A stretch of 38,972 nt of DNA. Origin: a virus. Lineage: Duplodnaviria; Caudoviricetes. This document shows positions 16,901-25,786 of the stretch, in pieces; the stretch's first letter is position 1, and the number at the start of each line of letters is the position of its first letter. The translations under genes and the position numbers were made by a program. The DNA lies in the IMG/VR virus record IMGVR_UViG_3300031184_000004, positions 1-38,972 of that record, one strand, 5' to 3'. The notes under the pieces were generated by a model. The model ran no database searches, was not told the DNA's origin, and worked only from the letters and a program-made list of their open reading frames with translations.

Positions 16901-19092
16901 TGCGCGCTCTCACTTTTATCGAGCTGGACGTTGACACCTTTGACCCGGCCTCGCCTGTCGAGACCACCACGTTCCGGTTCACCTATGATTGCGACTATGC
17001 CCCGACCGATGTTGAGGCTATCCCCTCGCTGACCGGCATCAGCTATAGCCCTTCGACCATCTCGCTTGGTTCGGACCTGGGCACGCGCGCAAGGCTCGAC
17101 GTGACGTTTAGCGATCATCTCCACATCTTCAACGGCGAGGCGTTCGACAGTGGAACCTTTTGGGGCAAGTGGCGCGCGCGGTACGGCCAGCGTTTGCAAG
17201 GCCGCTCGCTCCGCTGGATCCAGGGGCTTGAAGGTCAAACCCTCGCTGAGATGGAAACGCGGCACTTCGTGATCGAGAGCACCAACGGGCCAACGCCACA
17301 GAACGGTGCCTACACGATCACGGCACAGGACATTTTGAAGTTCGCCGATGGTGACCGCAGCCAAGCGCCGCTTGCGAGCCGTGGGTTCCTGGTGGGCAGC
17401 ATCGATGCGGATGACACCAGCTTCACACTGTCCCCTGTCGGCATCGGGGATCAGGATTACCCCACCAGCGGCTACATCGCTTTGAGCGGTAGCGAGATCG
17501 TGGCGTTCACCCGCGTGAGCGGCAGCGAGGTGGTGACGATCACGGCGCGCGCCCAACTCGGGACGGATGCCGACAGCCACGCCGCTGGATCGCGTGCCCA
17601 GCTGGTGTTGCGTTATGTGGGCGAGGATGTGGCCGATATCATCCGCGACTTGCTGGTGAACTACGCCGGAGTGGACGATGCGTTCATACCGCTCGCCGCG
17701 TGGCAGACCGAGACGGCCACTTACCTTCAACAGGTTTACAGCGCCAACATCGCCGAGCCTACCGACGTGAGCAAGCTTGTGTCCGAAATGATCGAGCAGG
17801 CCGCGCTTGCGGTGTGGTGGGAGCCGCTGACCGAGCAAATCAGGTTGCAAGTGCTGCGCGGGATCTCCACCGTGGCCGAGGTGTTCGGCGAGGACAACAC
17901 GCTTGAGGGCACGCTCTCGATAACCGAGCAGCCCAACACGCGGCTTACCCAGGTGTTGACCTATTTCGGCCAGCGGGATCCGCTCGCGCCGATCGATGAG
18001 GAACGCAACTTTCGCAGTGCGGTATTGACGATCGATGGCGACGCCGAGCTAGCCTACGGTACGCCGATGATTAAGAAAATCTTCTCGCGCTGGATACCGT
18101 TTGGTGCGCGCACCGTGGCCGTGCGGCTCAACGATATCATCCTCGGCCGGTTCCGCGATCCACCTCGGCGTTTTACCTTCAACCTGTTCCGGCATGGTCC
18201 CGAGAACCCAACGCTCGGCGGCGGCTATCGGCTGACGAGCTGGTCAATCCAGGATGAGACTGGGCTAGCATCGGATGCGCCTATCCAGATCACGCGGCTC
18301 AATCCAATGTCCGATCGGTTTGAGGTGACAGCGGATGAGATGCTGTTCCGCACCATCGATCCGGGTGACCTGCTCAACCGGGCAATCACAATCGACAGCT
18401 CGATAAACAACGTCAACATAAGGGAGATGCACGACAGCATCTATCCCGAGGTTACAGGCGACGAAAGCCCTGAGATCACGCTTACCGTCACGCTTGAGAC
18501 AAACGTTGTCGTTGGCTCGGCCAGCTCGGCGCAACCGAGCTTCGACCTGGGCGATTGGCCGGCCGGCATCACAATCAACATTGTGGTGCTCGGCGACATA
18601 CGCGGCGCTGGTGGTACGGGCGGTGTGGGCGGCAACGCATCGGGATCTAACGACGGTGCGCCGCTCAATGGGTTCCAGGGCGGCACGGCGCTTTACACGC
18701 GCGTACCCATCAACCTGACTGACGAGGACGGCAAAGTCTACGGCGGTGGAGGTGGCGGCGGTGGCGGTGCTTATCGCGGTGGCGGTGGAGGTGGCGGTGC
18801 GGGTGTCGTAGGCGGCATCGGCGGCGATGTCACTACCAGCACGTCAAGCCCATCACCGGGCGAAGTGGGCACGCAGGACGCTGGCGGCGCTGGCGGCGAT
18901 GGTGGTGGCGCTACGGACTTCGACGGCGGCACGGGCGGCGCGCCTGGTGTTGTCGGCAACGCCGGTCAAGGTGACGCGCTCTCGGGCTTGACAGCCGGTC
19001 TAGGCGGCGCGGCCGGTTATGCCGTTGACGGTATCAGCTTTGTGACGCAGGTTGGCCCCACAGGCGACAGGCGCGGACAGGAAGGCAATTAG
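16900..19092 (+). CDS. tail tip/hub protein with Gly-rich C-terminal domain
   Basis: 730 aa, acidic; I.ARAQLGT.A.SH.AG motif; C-terminal GGGGGGG repeats typical of minor tail proteins. Confidence 0.7.
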   Translation: MRALTFIELDVDTFDPASPVETTTFRFTYDCDYAPTDVEAIPSLTGISYSPSTISLGSDLGTRARLDVTFSDHLHIFNGEAFDSGTFWGKWRARYGQRLQGRSLRWIQGLEGQTLAEMETRHFVIESTNGPTPQNGAYTITAQDILKFADGDRSQAPLASRGFLVGSIDADDTSFTLSPVGIGDQDYPTSGYIALSGSEIVAFTRVSGSEVVTITARAQLGTDADSHAAGSRAQLVLRYVGEDVADIIRDLLVNYAGVDDAFIPLAAWQTETATYLQQVYSANIAEPTDVSKLVSEMIEQAALAVWWEPLTEQIRLQVLRGISTVAEVFGEDNTLEGTLSITEQPNTRLTQVLTYFGQRDPLAPIDEERNFRSAVLTIDGDAELAYGTPMIKKIFSRWIPFGARTVAVRLNDIILGRFRDPPRRFTFNLFRHGPENPTLGGGYRLTSWSIQDETGLASDAPIQITRLNPMSDRFEVTADEMLFRTIDPGDLLNRAITIDSSINNVNIREMHDSIYPEVTGDESPEITLTVTLETNVVVGSASSAQPSFDLGDWPAGITINIVVLGDIRGAGGTGGVGGNASGSNDGAPLNGFQGGTALYTRVPINLTDEDGKVYGGGGGGGGGAYRGGGGGGGAGVVGGIGGDVTTSTSSPSPGEVGTQDAGGAGGDGGGATDFDGGTGGAPGVVGNAGQGDALSGLTAGLGGAAGYAVDGISFVTQVGPTGDRRGQEGN

Positions 19093-21279
19093 ATGGCACT
19101 CGCACGCTGGCAAGCGAACATTGTAGACGACGCGGGCAACGTCCAGAACGGCGCTACGGTGACAGTGCGCGAAGAGACATCAGGCACGCCGCTCGCGAGT
19201 TTGTTTAGCGATCGCGCGGGCGTGGTGCCCACGGGTAACCCGGTGTCGGCAGACAGCGAGGGATATGCGTTCTTTCATGTGGCCGGCGGTGCCTACCAGA
19301 TCACGGCGACCAAGGGGAGCTTTACGCGCACTTGGCGCTATGTCGGCATCGGCACCATGTCCGAAAGCGATGGTCCCGATGATCTGGACATCAGTCTAGC
19401 GCTCGTTACCACAGAAGGGGCATTAGTATCTAGAACTATTAGAGATCATCTTGGCGTCTTGTACGGCCACGTCAAGAACTACGGGGCTGTTGGTGACGGC
19501 GTCACCAATGACACTGCGGCAATTCAAGCCGCAATTAATGCGATGGAAGCGGCCGGCGGTGGCGTTGTTCTTTTCGATGCCAAGGTTTATTCCGTCACTG
19601 ATCTTGTACTAGATAGTAGTGCCGTTGCGCTAGTCGGTGTTTCTTCTGGCCGAATGTTCGGCGGCAGTTCTGATCAAACCGGGACCGTTTTAAAAGCGCG
19701 GAGTGGGGCCGCAACTCTGTTGACGGTGGGTTCGGCATCAGCCGCAACATCTACGATCACAGGTTGCCGAGTTGAAAACTTTGCCTTAGCTGGCAACGGC
19801 ATTGCGTCGCGTGTGTTACGCGTCAAGATGATTGAGAATAGTATATTCCGCAATATTGTATGCGTTGGAGGAACGATCAATCAACTTGAGACGATTTGCG
19901 AAACCGGGTTCGCCGGTTTGAATTATGTATATCAATGCGCCTTTGAAAATATTTGGGTGAACGCTGGAGCAACTGCAAAAGGCGTTGTGATCTCTGGCGA
20001 GCCGGCCGGAGCTGGTGGTAATCGGACGGTGTTTTGTCGCTTCAGTCAAATGCATGTCACGCACGGTGACGGTACTGCGTTTGAAATAAACGATGCCGAC
20101 GATAATGTCTTTATCGGGCTCGCTGTGTCTCGCATTACAGCAACCACAGGCATAGGTATTGATCTTATCGGCAATGATGCAGATGCACAAGATTTAGTGC
20201 ATGCCTGCATGTTCTATAGTTGTCATGCTGGCCCAGGTGGATGGCGCACGACAGGCAACAAAGCCGTTAATAATATTGTATTCGGTTTGCAAACCGAGGA
20301 CGGCGTACCCGTGAGTATTACAAGCAGCGCGCAATTGTCCTATATCAGAGATGATGGCGCATTTCTGTTTCCTTCGTTCGCCGCTGCGGCCGGTGCGACG
20401 ATGGTCAACCGAATGCTGCTTACAGGCGGGACAACAGGCAATCCCGCGCTGCTCGGTGTCGAGGGATCAGACACCAATATCAACATGAGCATCAGCGCCA
20501 AGGGATCCGGCGCCATTGTCATCCCTTCGCCCAATGTCTCGATCGGGCATACGGCCGCCATTGCGGCCGCTCAAAGTGGGGGGACATCTAGACTTCAACT
20601 TCACGGCATTTCCGGTCAGGCCATTGGCATGTCCAACACACGTTGGACGGCGGACGCTAACGGCTCGGCTTACGAAATCAATAAAAGTCGTGGCGCCACG
20701 GTGGGCACGCACACCATTGTCCAGAATGGTGACGTGCTCGGAAATCTGCGGTTCTCTGGTTCGGACGGCACTCAGTTCATTCCGGCCGCGTTGATCCAGG
20801 CCCTTGTGTCGGGCACGCCGGGCACGAACGACATGCCGACAGCGCTTGCTTTCTCCACTACGGCGGACGGCGCGGCGGCCGTGACGGAGCGCTTACGTAT
20901 CGGGCCAACCGGAACCGTCACCGCATCATCGCCGCTCGGCGGCCTTGGCTATGGCACTGGCGCGGGTGGAGCTATCACCCAGGCGACGAACAAATCTACC
21001 GGCGTGACGCTCGATAAAGTGTGCGGCGCGATCACGATGAATAACGCTTCGCTAAATGCGGCGACAGCAGTGAGCTTTGTGTTGACAAATAGCAACATCG
21101 GAACATTTGATGTTGTGCATGCGGTACATGGATCAGCCGGAACAGCGGGCGCATATAGAGTTGCAGTAAAAAGTGGATCAGCGGGAACTTGTACTATTGA
21201 GGTGACTAATACAACAGCAGGTGCATTGGGTGAAGCAATCGTAATTAACTTCGTTGTTATAAAAGGTGTGAATGCATGA
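19093..21279 (+). CDS. tailspike / receptor-binding protein with pectate-lyase-like beta-helix (putative depolymerase)
   Basis: N-terminal virion-anchoring domain, VKNYGAVGDGVTNDTAAIQAAI, beta-helix-like central region, C-terminal TQAT.KSTGVTL domain. Confidence 0.85.
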   Translation: MALARWQANIVDDAGNVQNGATVTVREETSGTPLASLFSDRAGVVPTGNPVSADSEGYAFFHVAGGAYQITATKGSFTRTWRYVGIGTMSESDGPDDLDISLALVTTEGALVSRTIRDHLGVLYGHVKNYGAVGDGVTNDTAAIQAAINAMEAAGGGVVLFDAKVYSVTDLVLDSSAVALVGVSSGRMFGGSSDQTGTVLKARSGAATLLTVGSASAATSTITGCRVENFALAGNGIASRVLRVKMIENSIFRNIVCVGGTINQLETICETGFAGLNYVYQCAFENIWVNAGATAKGVVISGEPAGAGGNRTVFCRFSQMHVTHGDGTAFEINDADDNVFIGLAVSRITATTGIGIDLIGNDADAQDLVHACMFYSCHAGPGGWRTTGNKAVNNIVFGLQTEDGVPVSITSSAQLSYIRDDGAFLFPSFAAAAGATMVNRMLLTGGTTGNPALLGVEGSDTNINMSISAKGSGAIVIPSPNVSIGHTAAIAAAQSGGTSRLQLHGISGQAIGMSNTRWTADANGSAYEINKSRGATVGTHTIVQNGDVLGNLRFSGSDGTQFIPAALIQALVSGTPGTNDMPTALAFSTTADGAAAVTERLRIGPTGTVTASSPLGGLGYGTGAGGAITQATNKSTGVTLDKVCGAITMNNASLNAATAVSFVLTNSNIGTFDVVHAVHGSAGTAGAYRVAVKSGSAGTCTIEVTNTTAGALGEAIVINFVVIKGVNA

Positions 21280-21482
21280 ACCAAGAACTTCAACGCGCCC
21301 AGGATATGATTAGCGCAATGCAAGGTCAGCGTGACAATGCCTTGAACAGCGTGGTCATGCTGCAAGCCGATCTCGCTGCGGCTCGCCGCACGATCGATGA
21401 TATGAGCAAGGAACTCACCGAGGTGCGCGCCCAGCTTGCAGCGCCACAAGCCGCACCCACGGATGGCGACTTGCACGAATAA
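21276..21482 (+). CDS. small coiled-coil protein
   Basis: ATGA overlap with the tailspike gene; heptad pattern. Confidence 0.65.
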   Translation: MNQELQRAQDMISAMQGQRDNALNSVVMLQADLAAARRTIDDMSKELTEVRAQLAAPQAAPTDGDLHE

Positions 21483-21493
21483 GGGAACAAAGG

Positions 21494-21533
21494 TAAAGCC
21501 CTGTAATTCAACATATTACAGGGCTTTATTTTA
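21494..21533 (+). terminator. rho-independent terminator after tail genes
   Basis: Perfect 14-bp stem TAAAGCCCTGTAAT/ATTACAGGGCTTTA with a 7-nt loop, followed by TTTTAT. Confidence 0.8.
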
Positions 21534-21556
21534 TGCGGTTCGGAGGGGTCGGCTAC

Positions 21557-21985
21557 ATGCCTGGCGCAGCGGCACAGCCTACGGCGACAAAGCACGATAC
21601 CCAAAGCCTCAAACTGGAGGTGATGGAACAGCGCAACCGGCTAATCCACGTCGAGCGCAGCGTGAACAACCTGGGCGAGGCCATGACCGGGCTCGACAGC
21701 AAGTTGGATGCCGTCGTCACCGCGCTGACCAGTCTTACCGCGCGTCAGGAACTTCACAAACCCACGGACTGGGTACGCGCCGTGTCGGTCGGCATCGGCG
21801 TCGCTGTCGGGGCGGTCTCGCTATTCGGTGCATCGGTCGGCGCAATTACCTATGTCGTCAACGCGGTCAACAGCGAGACACGTACCGCCATGAGGAAGGA
21901 CATTGACTTTCTTACCCAACGTGTTGAACGTGGGTGGGGAATTGGGGCCGTGACGACACGCGACAAGGGTGACACCAGCCGATGA
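21557..21985 (+). CDS. coiled-coil + single-TM membrane protein (XhlA/holin-like lysis accessory)
   Basis: GGAGGG RBS before ATG 21557; coiled coil followed by a hydrophobic segment; coupled to the endolysin gene. Confidence 0.6.
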   Translation: MPGAAAQPTATKHDTQSLKLEVMEQRNRLIHVERSVNNLGEAMTGLDSKLDAVVTALTSLTARQELHKPTDWVRAVSVGIGVAVGAVSLFGASVGAITYVVNAVNSETRTAMRKDIDFLTQRVERGWGIGAVTTRDKGDTSR

Positions 21986-22647
21986 ACTATGAACAAAGTC
22001 ACGTCGGCTACGGCAACCTCTGGCGCTCCGCGCGCACGCGGCCGGAGCGGCGACAGGCCGCCGCGCTCATTGCGCAACGCGCGCTCGAGAGCAAGGCGAG
22101 GTACGTCTCGGCCGCCGCTGTCGCACCGGGTATGCCGTGGACGTGGGTAGCTGCGGTTCACAGCCTTGAGAGCGGCCAGAGTTGGAAAGGACATCTCCAC
22201 AACGGCGATCCGCTGACGGCGCGCACCACGCACGTTCCTGCCGGTCGGCCGGCCTCGGGCTCGCCTCCGTTCACGTGGGAGCAGAGCGCGCGCGACGCGA
22301 TCACGATGCCGCCGCACAGCCTACAGAGCGTGCCCACTTGGGAAATCGAGCGGTGTCTCTACGAGTGGGAGCGCTATAACGGGTTCGGCTATGTCGCCAA
22401 GGCCGTGAACTCGCCCTACCTGTGGAGCTTCACGACGCAGTACCAGGCGGGCAAGTATGTCGCCGATGGCCGCTACAGCGCCACCGCGGTAAGCCAGCAA
22501 TGCGGGACCGTGGCCATCGTCAAGGCCATCGCCGAGCTGGAGGCGGCCAGCGAGCACCAGGTGATGATAGATCGGCCGCCGGTGCCTGCGCCGCTACCGG
22601 CCGCGCCTGGGATCATGGCACGCATGCTGGCATGGTTCGGATGGTAG
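21982..22647 (+). CDS. endolysin, lysozyme-like (COG5526-type)
   Basis: H.LES, LHNGDPL..RT.HVP.GRP, FTWE.SA.DA, ERYNG.GY, SPYLWS.T..Y..GKYVADG, SQQ.G. Confidence 0.88.
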   Translation: MNYEQSHVGYGNLWRSARTRPERRQAAALIAQRALESKARYVSAAAVAPGMPWTWVAAVHSLESGQSWKGHLHNGDPLTARTTHVPAGRPASGSPPFTWEQSARDAITMPPHSLQSVPTWEIERCLYEWERYNGFGYVAKAVNSPYLWSFTTQYQAGKYVADGRYSATAVSQQCGTVAIVKAIAELEAASEHQVMIDRPPVPAPLPAAPGIMARMLAWFGW

Positions 22648-22814
22648 AGCCTCCAGAAACTCTATCGGCCGAGCAACTCGCCGCAATATGGGCTCTGACT
22701 TTTGAAGCTCACGGCCGCGTCGGCAAGCAGGTGCAATGCGGCTGTGTCTCTTGCCGCATTCGCCACATCATGAGCGGCGGTTTTATTATTCCTCAACCCG
22801 AGATTGAAAGATGA
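22641..22814 (+). CDS. small hypothetical protein (57 aa, CxCxxC)
   Basis: Fills the gap between the endolysin and the next gene, with overlaps at both ends. Confidence 0.5.
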   Translation: MVEPPETLSAEQLAAIWALTFEAHGRVGKQVQCGCVSCRIRHIMSGGFIIPQPEIER

Positions 22815-23413
22815 ACATGAGACTGAGATGGGGATTGACGTTCCTGGTGGCGATGGTGCTGCTAGGCGGCGCAGCGTGGGCGCAGAGCACCGTGGACGTG
22901 CGGCCCACGGCGGTAGCCGTCATTGACTGGATAGGCGGCGCAGCGACGATCGTGGGCGGCGTGGTGGCGGGTTTCCTGGTGCGGTTCCTCAACAGCCGGG
23001 CCGCGCTGCTCAATGCGCAGGAGGAAGCCGAGCTTGTGGCGCAACTTCGTGCGATCATCGGCCGAGGTGTTCAATATGCCATGACGATGGCAAAGAGCGA
23101 AGTGTCCAAGGAAGGCGCCGGGCTCGCAAGCATCAAGGTGGACAACTGGTTCGTGAAGGTCGCGGCCGACTATGCGCAAGCGGCGGCGCCGGGCATCCTC
23201 AAACGGTTCTACCCGGATCCTGAGAAGATGCGCCGCAAGCTGGAGGATATGGTCATTGCTACCATCCCCGACTATTTTCCGGTAGGCGTCACGGCCAACA
23301 CAACGCCTGCCGTGGCTGGTGGGTTGACGGCCACACCCATTGCGGCCGCAGCAACTCAAGCGGTGGGCAAGCCGTCCTCGGCCGCCGGTGACGCGCCGGT
23401 GACGGTGGGCTGA
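22811..23413 (+). CDS. putative holin / membrane protein
   Basis: Signal-like N-terminal hydrophobic segment plus a second TM helix; located in the lysis cassette. Confidence 0.55.
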   Translation: MNMRLRWGLTFLVAMVLLGGAAWAQSTVDVRPTAVAVIDWIGGAATIVGGVVAGFLVRFLNSRAALLNAQEEAELVAQLRAIIGRGVQYAMTMAKSEVSKEGAGLASIKVDNWFVKVAADYAQAAAPGILKRFYPDPEKMRRKLEDMVIATIPDYFPVGVTANTTPAVAGGLTATPIAAAATQAVGKPSSAAGDAPVTVG

Positions 23414-23814
23414 GTTCCGGCGAGGGTTCCCCAAACCGCGTTGGCCTGGTGCTTGTAGGTTCTGATCTCAAGCACCAGGGCATCAACATGTGCCTGATTT
23501 CCATCCGCTTTTGCGGCTTCAAGTTGTCGCCGTAGTTTCGCCAGTTGGGCAAAGTATTTGACCGGCTCGCGATCAGCCCAGCAACCGACAGGATGTCCAA
23601 TAGCTTCGCTTAACGTTTTGGGTTCTTCAATGGGCTGATAGTTCACCAGCATGTTGCGGATGGCGGTTTCGGACATGCCGCCATCCATAAGACGTTGCAC
23701 GATCTCTTGACATGCGTTGCAATGAGCTACCCAGTCTTCATTGTTCCAGGTGCAAGTATCACCGTGAACAGCGACGCCAATAACATCAACTACATCGTCA
23801 ATTAGCTCACTCAT
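23356..23814 (-). CDS. hypothetical protein
   Basis: Last gene of the leftward operon; start MSEL overlaps the stop of the upstream gene; overlaps the holin-like gene convergently. Confidence 0.6.
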   Translation of the reverse strand: MSELIDDVVDVIGVAVHGDTCTWNNEDWVAHCNACQEIVQRLMDGGMSETAIRNMLVNYQPIEEPKTLSEAIGHPVGCWADREPVKYFAQLAKLRRQLEAAKADGNQAHVDALVLEIRTYKHQANAVWGTLAGTQPTVTGASPAAEDGLPTA

Positions 23815-24043
23815 GTTTGAACATCTCATAGTGAATGATGTCTAAGCTTTCCTCTAGGACGCGGTCTGGTTTTGCGCCTTCGACTAGAAAGCCGGTGTTG
23901 AACACTTCGCATGTGCGGCGATCCCAATGCGACAGACCTCCGCGAACATGTTGAGCCTTGAGGAAACTCTTGTAATAGCGCATACGAGCAAAGCATGTCG
24001 TGAACGCTATCTTCCATCTAGCGGCGGTGTAATGCTCGCTCAT
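23807..24043 (-). CDS. hypothetical protein
   Basis: MSEHYTAARWK... ORF coupled to its neighbours; start uncertain. Confidence 0.5.
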   Translation of the reverse strand: MSEHYTAARWKIAFTTCFARMRYYKSFLKAQHVRGGLSHWDRRTCEVFNTGFLVEGAKPDRVLEESLDIIHYEMFKHE

Positions 24044-24185
24044 TGGCTTGTGCCTGCAACTCCCATTGGCGAAGTTGATCATTTCTCACGCGCTGGTCAT
24101 ACCCAGGCTTGAGCCAATTGTTTGCTATGCTCAACACGGCAACCGCCGCGAAATAGAGCAGGATGAGTTTGGCGAACGTTCTCAT
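24018..24185 (-). CDS. small membrane protein (55 aa; not in ORF track)
   Basis: MRTFAKLILLYFAAVAVLSIANNW...; ATGA overlap with the upstream gene; N-terminal hydrophobic helix. Confidence 0.6.
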   Translation of the reverse strand: MRTFAKLILLYFAAVAVLSIANNWLKPGYDQRVRNDQLRQWELQAQANERALHRR

Positions 24186-24394
24186 TTTCCCTTGCGCCCC
24201 TTTGCCATGTCATCGGCTTGCTTGTGGAGCCGCTCGGCCTCGGCATCCATCATCCGGCCGATGTTGGGATTGCCGTATTCGCGGGCGATGCCGGCCTTGG
24301 TTTCTGCGTTGCCCGCGCGCTGGCGGATACCGCGCTCTTTTCCGGTGACGGTCGGGTGATCAAAGTTCATCTCGCCGGGCTTAATTTTTGGCAT
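24182..24394 (-). CDS. hypothetical protein (70 aa)
   Basis: AAGGTG RBS; basic small ORF. Confidence 0.65.
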   Translation of the reverse strand: MPKIKPGEMNFDHPTVTGKERGIRQRAGNAETKAGIAREYGNPNIGRMMDAEAERLHKQADDMAKGRKGK

Positions 24395-24502
24395 ATCTGC
24401 ACCTTGTGATTAGAGGGCCTTCGTTTGGGTGATCGCGTTCCCACTCGCAAACATCGCAGCTGCAAGTGGGGAACATGGTTGAAAGCATTCGGACAATGAT
24501 AT

Positions 24503-24634
24503 TCACCTATCGACCTTTCCGCTTCCCTTGCAGTTGGGGCAATTCCCCGTGACTTTCTTCATACCGCCGTGGCCGTCCTTTTCCCACCACGTGGCTTTGC
24601 CTGTGCCTCCACAGGCTGGGCAAGCAACCTTCAT
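24503..24634 (-). CDS. DnaJ-type CxxCxGxG zinc-finger miniprotein (43 aa)
   Basis: CPACGGTG ... CPNCKGSG; ATGA coupling. Confidence 0.7.
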   Translation of the reverse strand: MKVACPACGGTGKATWWEKDGHGGMKKVTGNCPNCKGSGKVDR

Positions 24635-24768
24635 TTGGCAACCCTTCCGGTTCCGTTGCAGCGTGGGCACATCTTCTCGCGCGGCTCGCTTTTGGGGCCG
24701 ACGATCCGCAGAACGCCCGACCCTCCACAGGTCGGGCATGCCTTCGTCTTGGGCTCGTAAGGTGTCAT
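24631..24768 (-). CDS. DnaJ-type CxxCxGxG zinc-finger miniprotein (45 aa)
   Basis: CPTCGGSG ... CPRCNGTG; ATGA coupling. Confidence 0.7.
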   Translation of the reverse strand: MTPYEPKTKACPTCGGSGVLRIVGPKSEPREKMCPRCNGTGRVAK

Positions 24769-24995
24769 GACTGTGCCTTCTGATGTGGATGCTCGCGGCG
24801 GATATGTGCGGCCATACGCGAATAGCATCCGCCACCTTCCCGTAGACCATGACCACGACCAATGCCGCGTATTCCGTTCGGAAAACGTTCGACATGTTTG
24901 CAACAAGGGCATTCATAAATCGTCGCCAGCGGTCCCGATGTGACCTTAATCCCCATTGCGCGAATGGATGTTTTAGTAAGGGCCTTTCGGGTCAT
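24765..24995 (-). CDS. small putative C2H2-like zinc-binding protein
   Basis: YECPCC ... HIRREHP; ATGA coupling. Confidence 0.6.
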   Translation of the reverse strand: MTRKALTKTSIRAMGIKVTSGPLATIYECPCCKHVERFPNGIRGIGRGHGLREGGGCYSRMAAHIRREHPHQKAQS

Positions 24996-25213
24996 CGCGT
25001 GGGATACTCCCGTTTAATGCTTTCGATGATTTGCATGGCCATCTCGCCGCGCAGCCTGACCGCGCGGAGTTCGTGGCCAATGAATTTGTCACGCCGGCCG
25101 GTGTTGATCAGGTGCAAATCGGCCTCCCGTTGCATGTTGATCCAGCGGATTGCCACCTTGCGCGCGTCGGCGAGCTGATCGGCGACGTTGTCGGGCATCG
25201 GCTTCATGCTCAT
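24992..25213 (-). CDS. hypothetical protein (73 aa)
   Basis: ATG preceded by AGAGGA within the repeated intergenic element. Confidence 0.65.
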   Translation of the reverse strand: MSMKPMPDNVADQLADARKVAIRWINMQREADLHLINTGRRDKFIGHELRAVRLRGEMAMQIIESIKREYPTR

Positions 25214-25276
25214 AATGTCGTCCTCTGTTGAGCTTGAGCAAAGAGGCCGCCGGGCCGATAGCCCGGCGGCAAGGGT
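25207..25276 (-). repeat. intergenic hairpin+RBS repeat, copy 1
   Basis: Near-identical to 25701-25785; stem GCCGCCGGGC/GCCCGGCGGC. Confidence 0.9.
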
Positions 25277-25278
25277 GA

Positions 25279-25707
25279 CTAGACTATTTCGTAAGTGGCG
25301 ATGCAATTATTGGCGTACATGCTTTCAATGTATGTCTGCGCTTCGACGCGGCTGTCGAACCGGCGATGAGACTTGCCGTCTTTGATAAATTTCCAATTAC
25401 CTTTCGTGCTCGGTTGCCAGGTGCGGCGAACGCGGAACGCGCCGCTCGGCTTGGCTTTCACGGGCACCTTGTGTTCGACGGCGGGGACGATTTCGACCGT
25501 TAGGTTGTCCATGTATTTGCTGTTCAGCCGTGCCGCTTTATCGGCGAGTTCGTGGCTGGAGGAAAACCCGGTTGCGTTCGTCATCGGGATGCCGTTGTGT
25601 TTCCAGGTGGCGTTTGCGCGCCACGCCCATGCAAGCGACGGGCTCGTGGTGGTGCGGGTGAGGGTAGTTTTGTCGGCGAAGGTGGCGACGATGAAACGCT
25701 TGCTCAT
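25279..25707 (-). CDS. hypothetical protein (142 aa)
   Basis: AGGAGA RBS; bounded on both sides by the repeat element. Confidence 0.75.
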   Translation of the reverse strand: MSKRFIVATFADKTTLTRTTTSPSLAWAWRANATWKHNGIPMTNATGFSSSHELADKAARLNSKYMDNLTVEIVPAVEHKVPVKAKPSGAFRVRRTWQPSTKGNWKFIKDGKSHRRFDSRVEAQTYIESMYANNCIATYEIV

Positions 25708-25785
25708 AATGTCTTCTCCTGTTGAGCTTGAGCTTGAGCAAAGAGGCCGCCGGGCCTCCCAGTGTTCTAGCCCGGCGGCAAGGGT
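25701..25785 (-). repeat. intergenic hairpin+RBS repeat, copy 2
   Basis: Same stem with a longer loop and an extra GAGCTT unit. Confidence 0.9.
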
Positions 25786-25786
25786 A

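Noticed and set aside
18740-18920. GGCGGT-type tandem repeats as a VNTR or DGR variable region
   Set aside because: Explained by poly-Gly coding in the tail protein; no reverse transcriptase or template repeat seen
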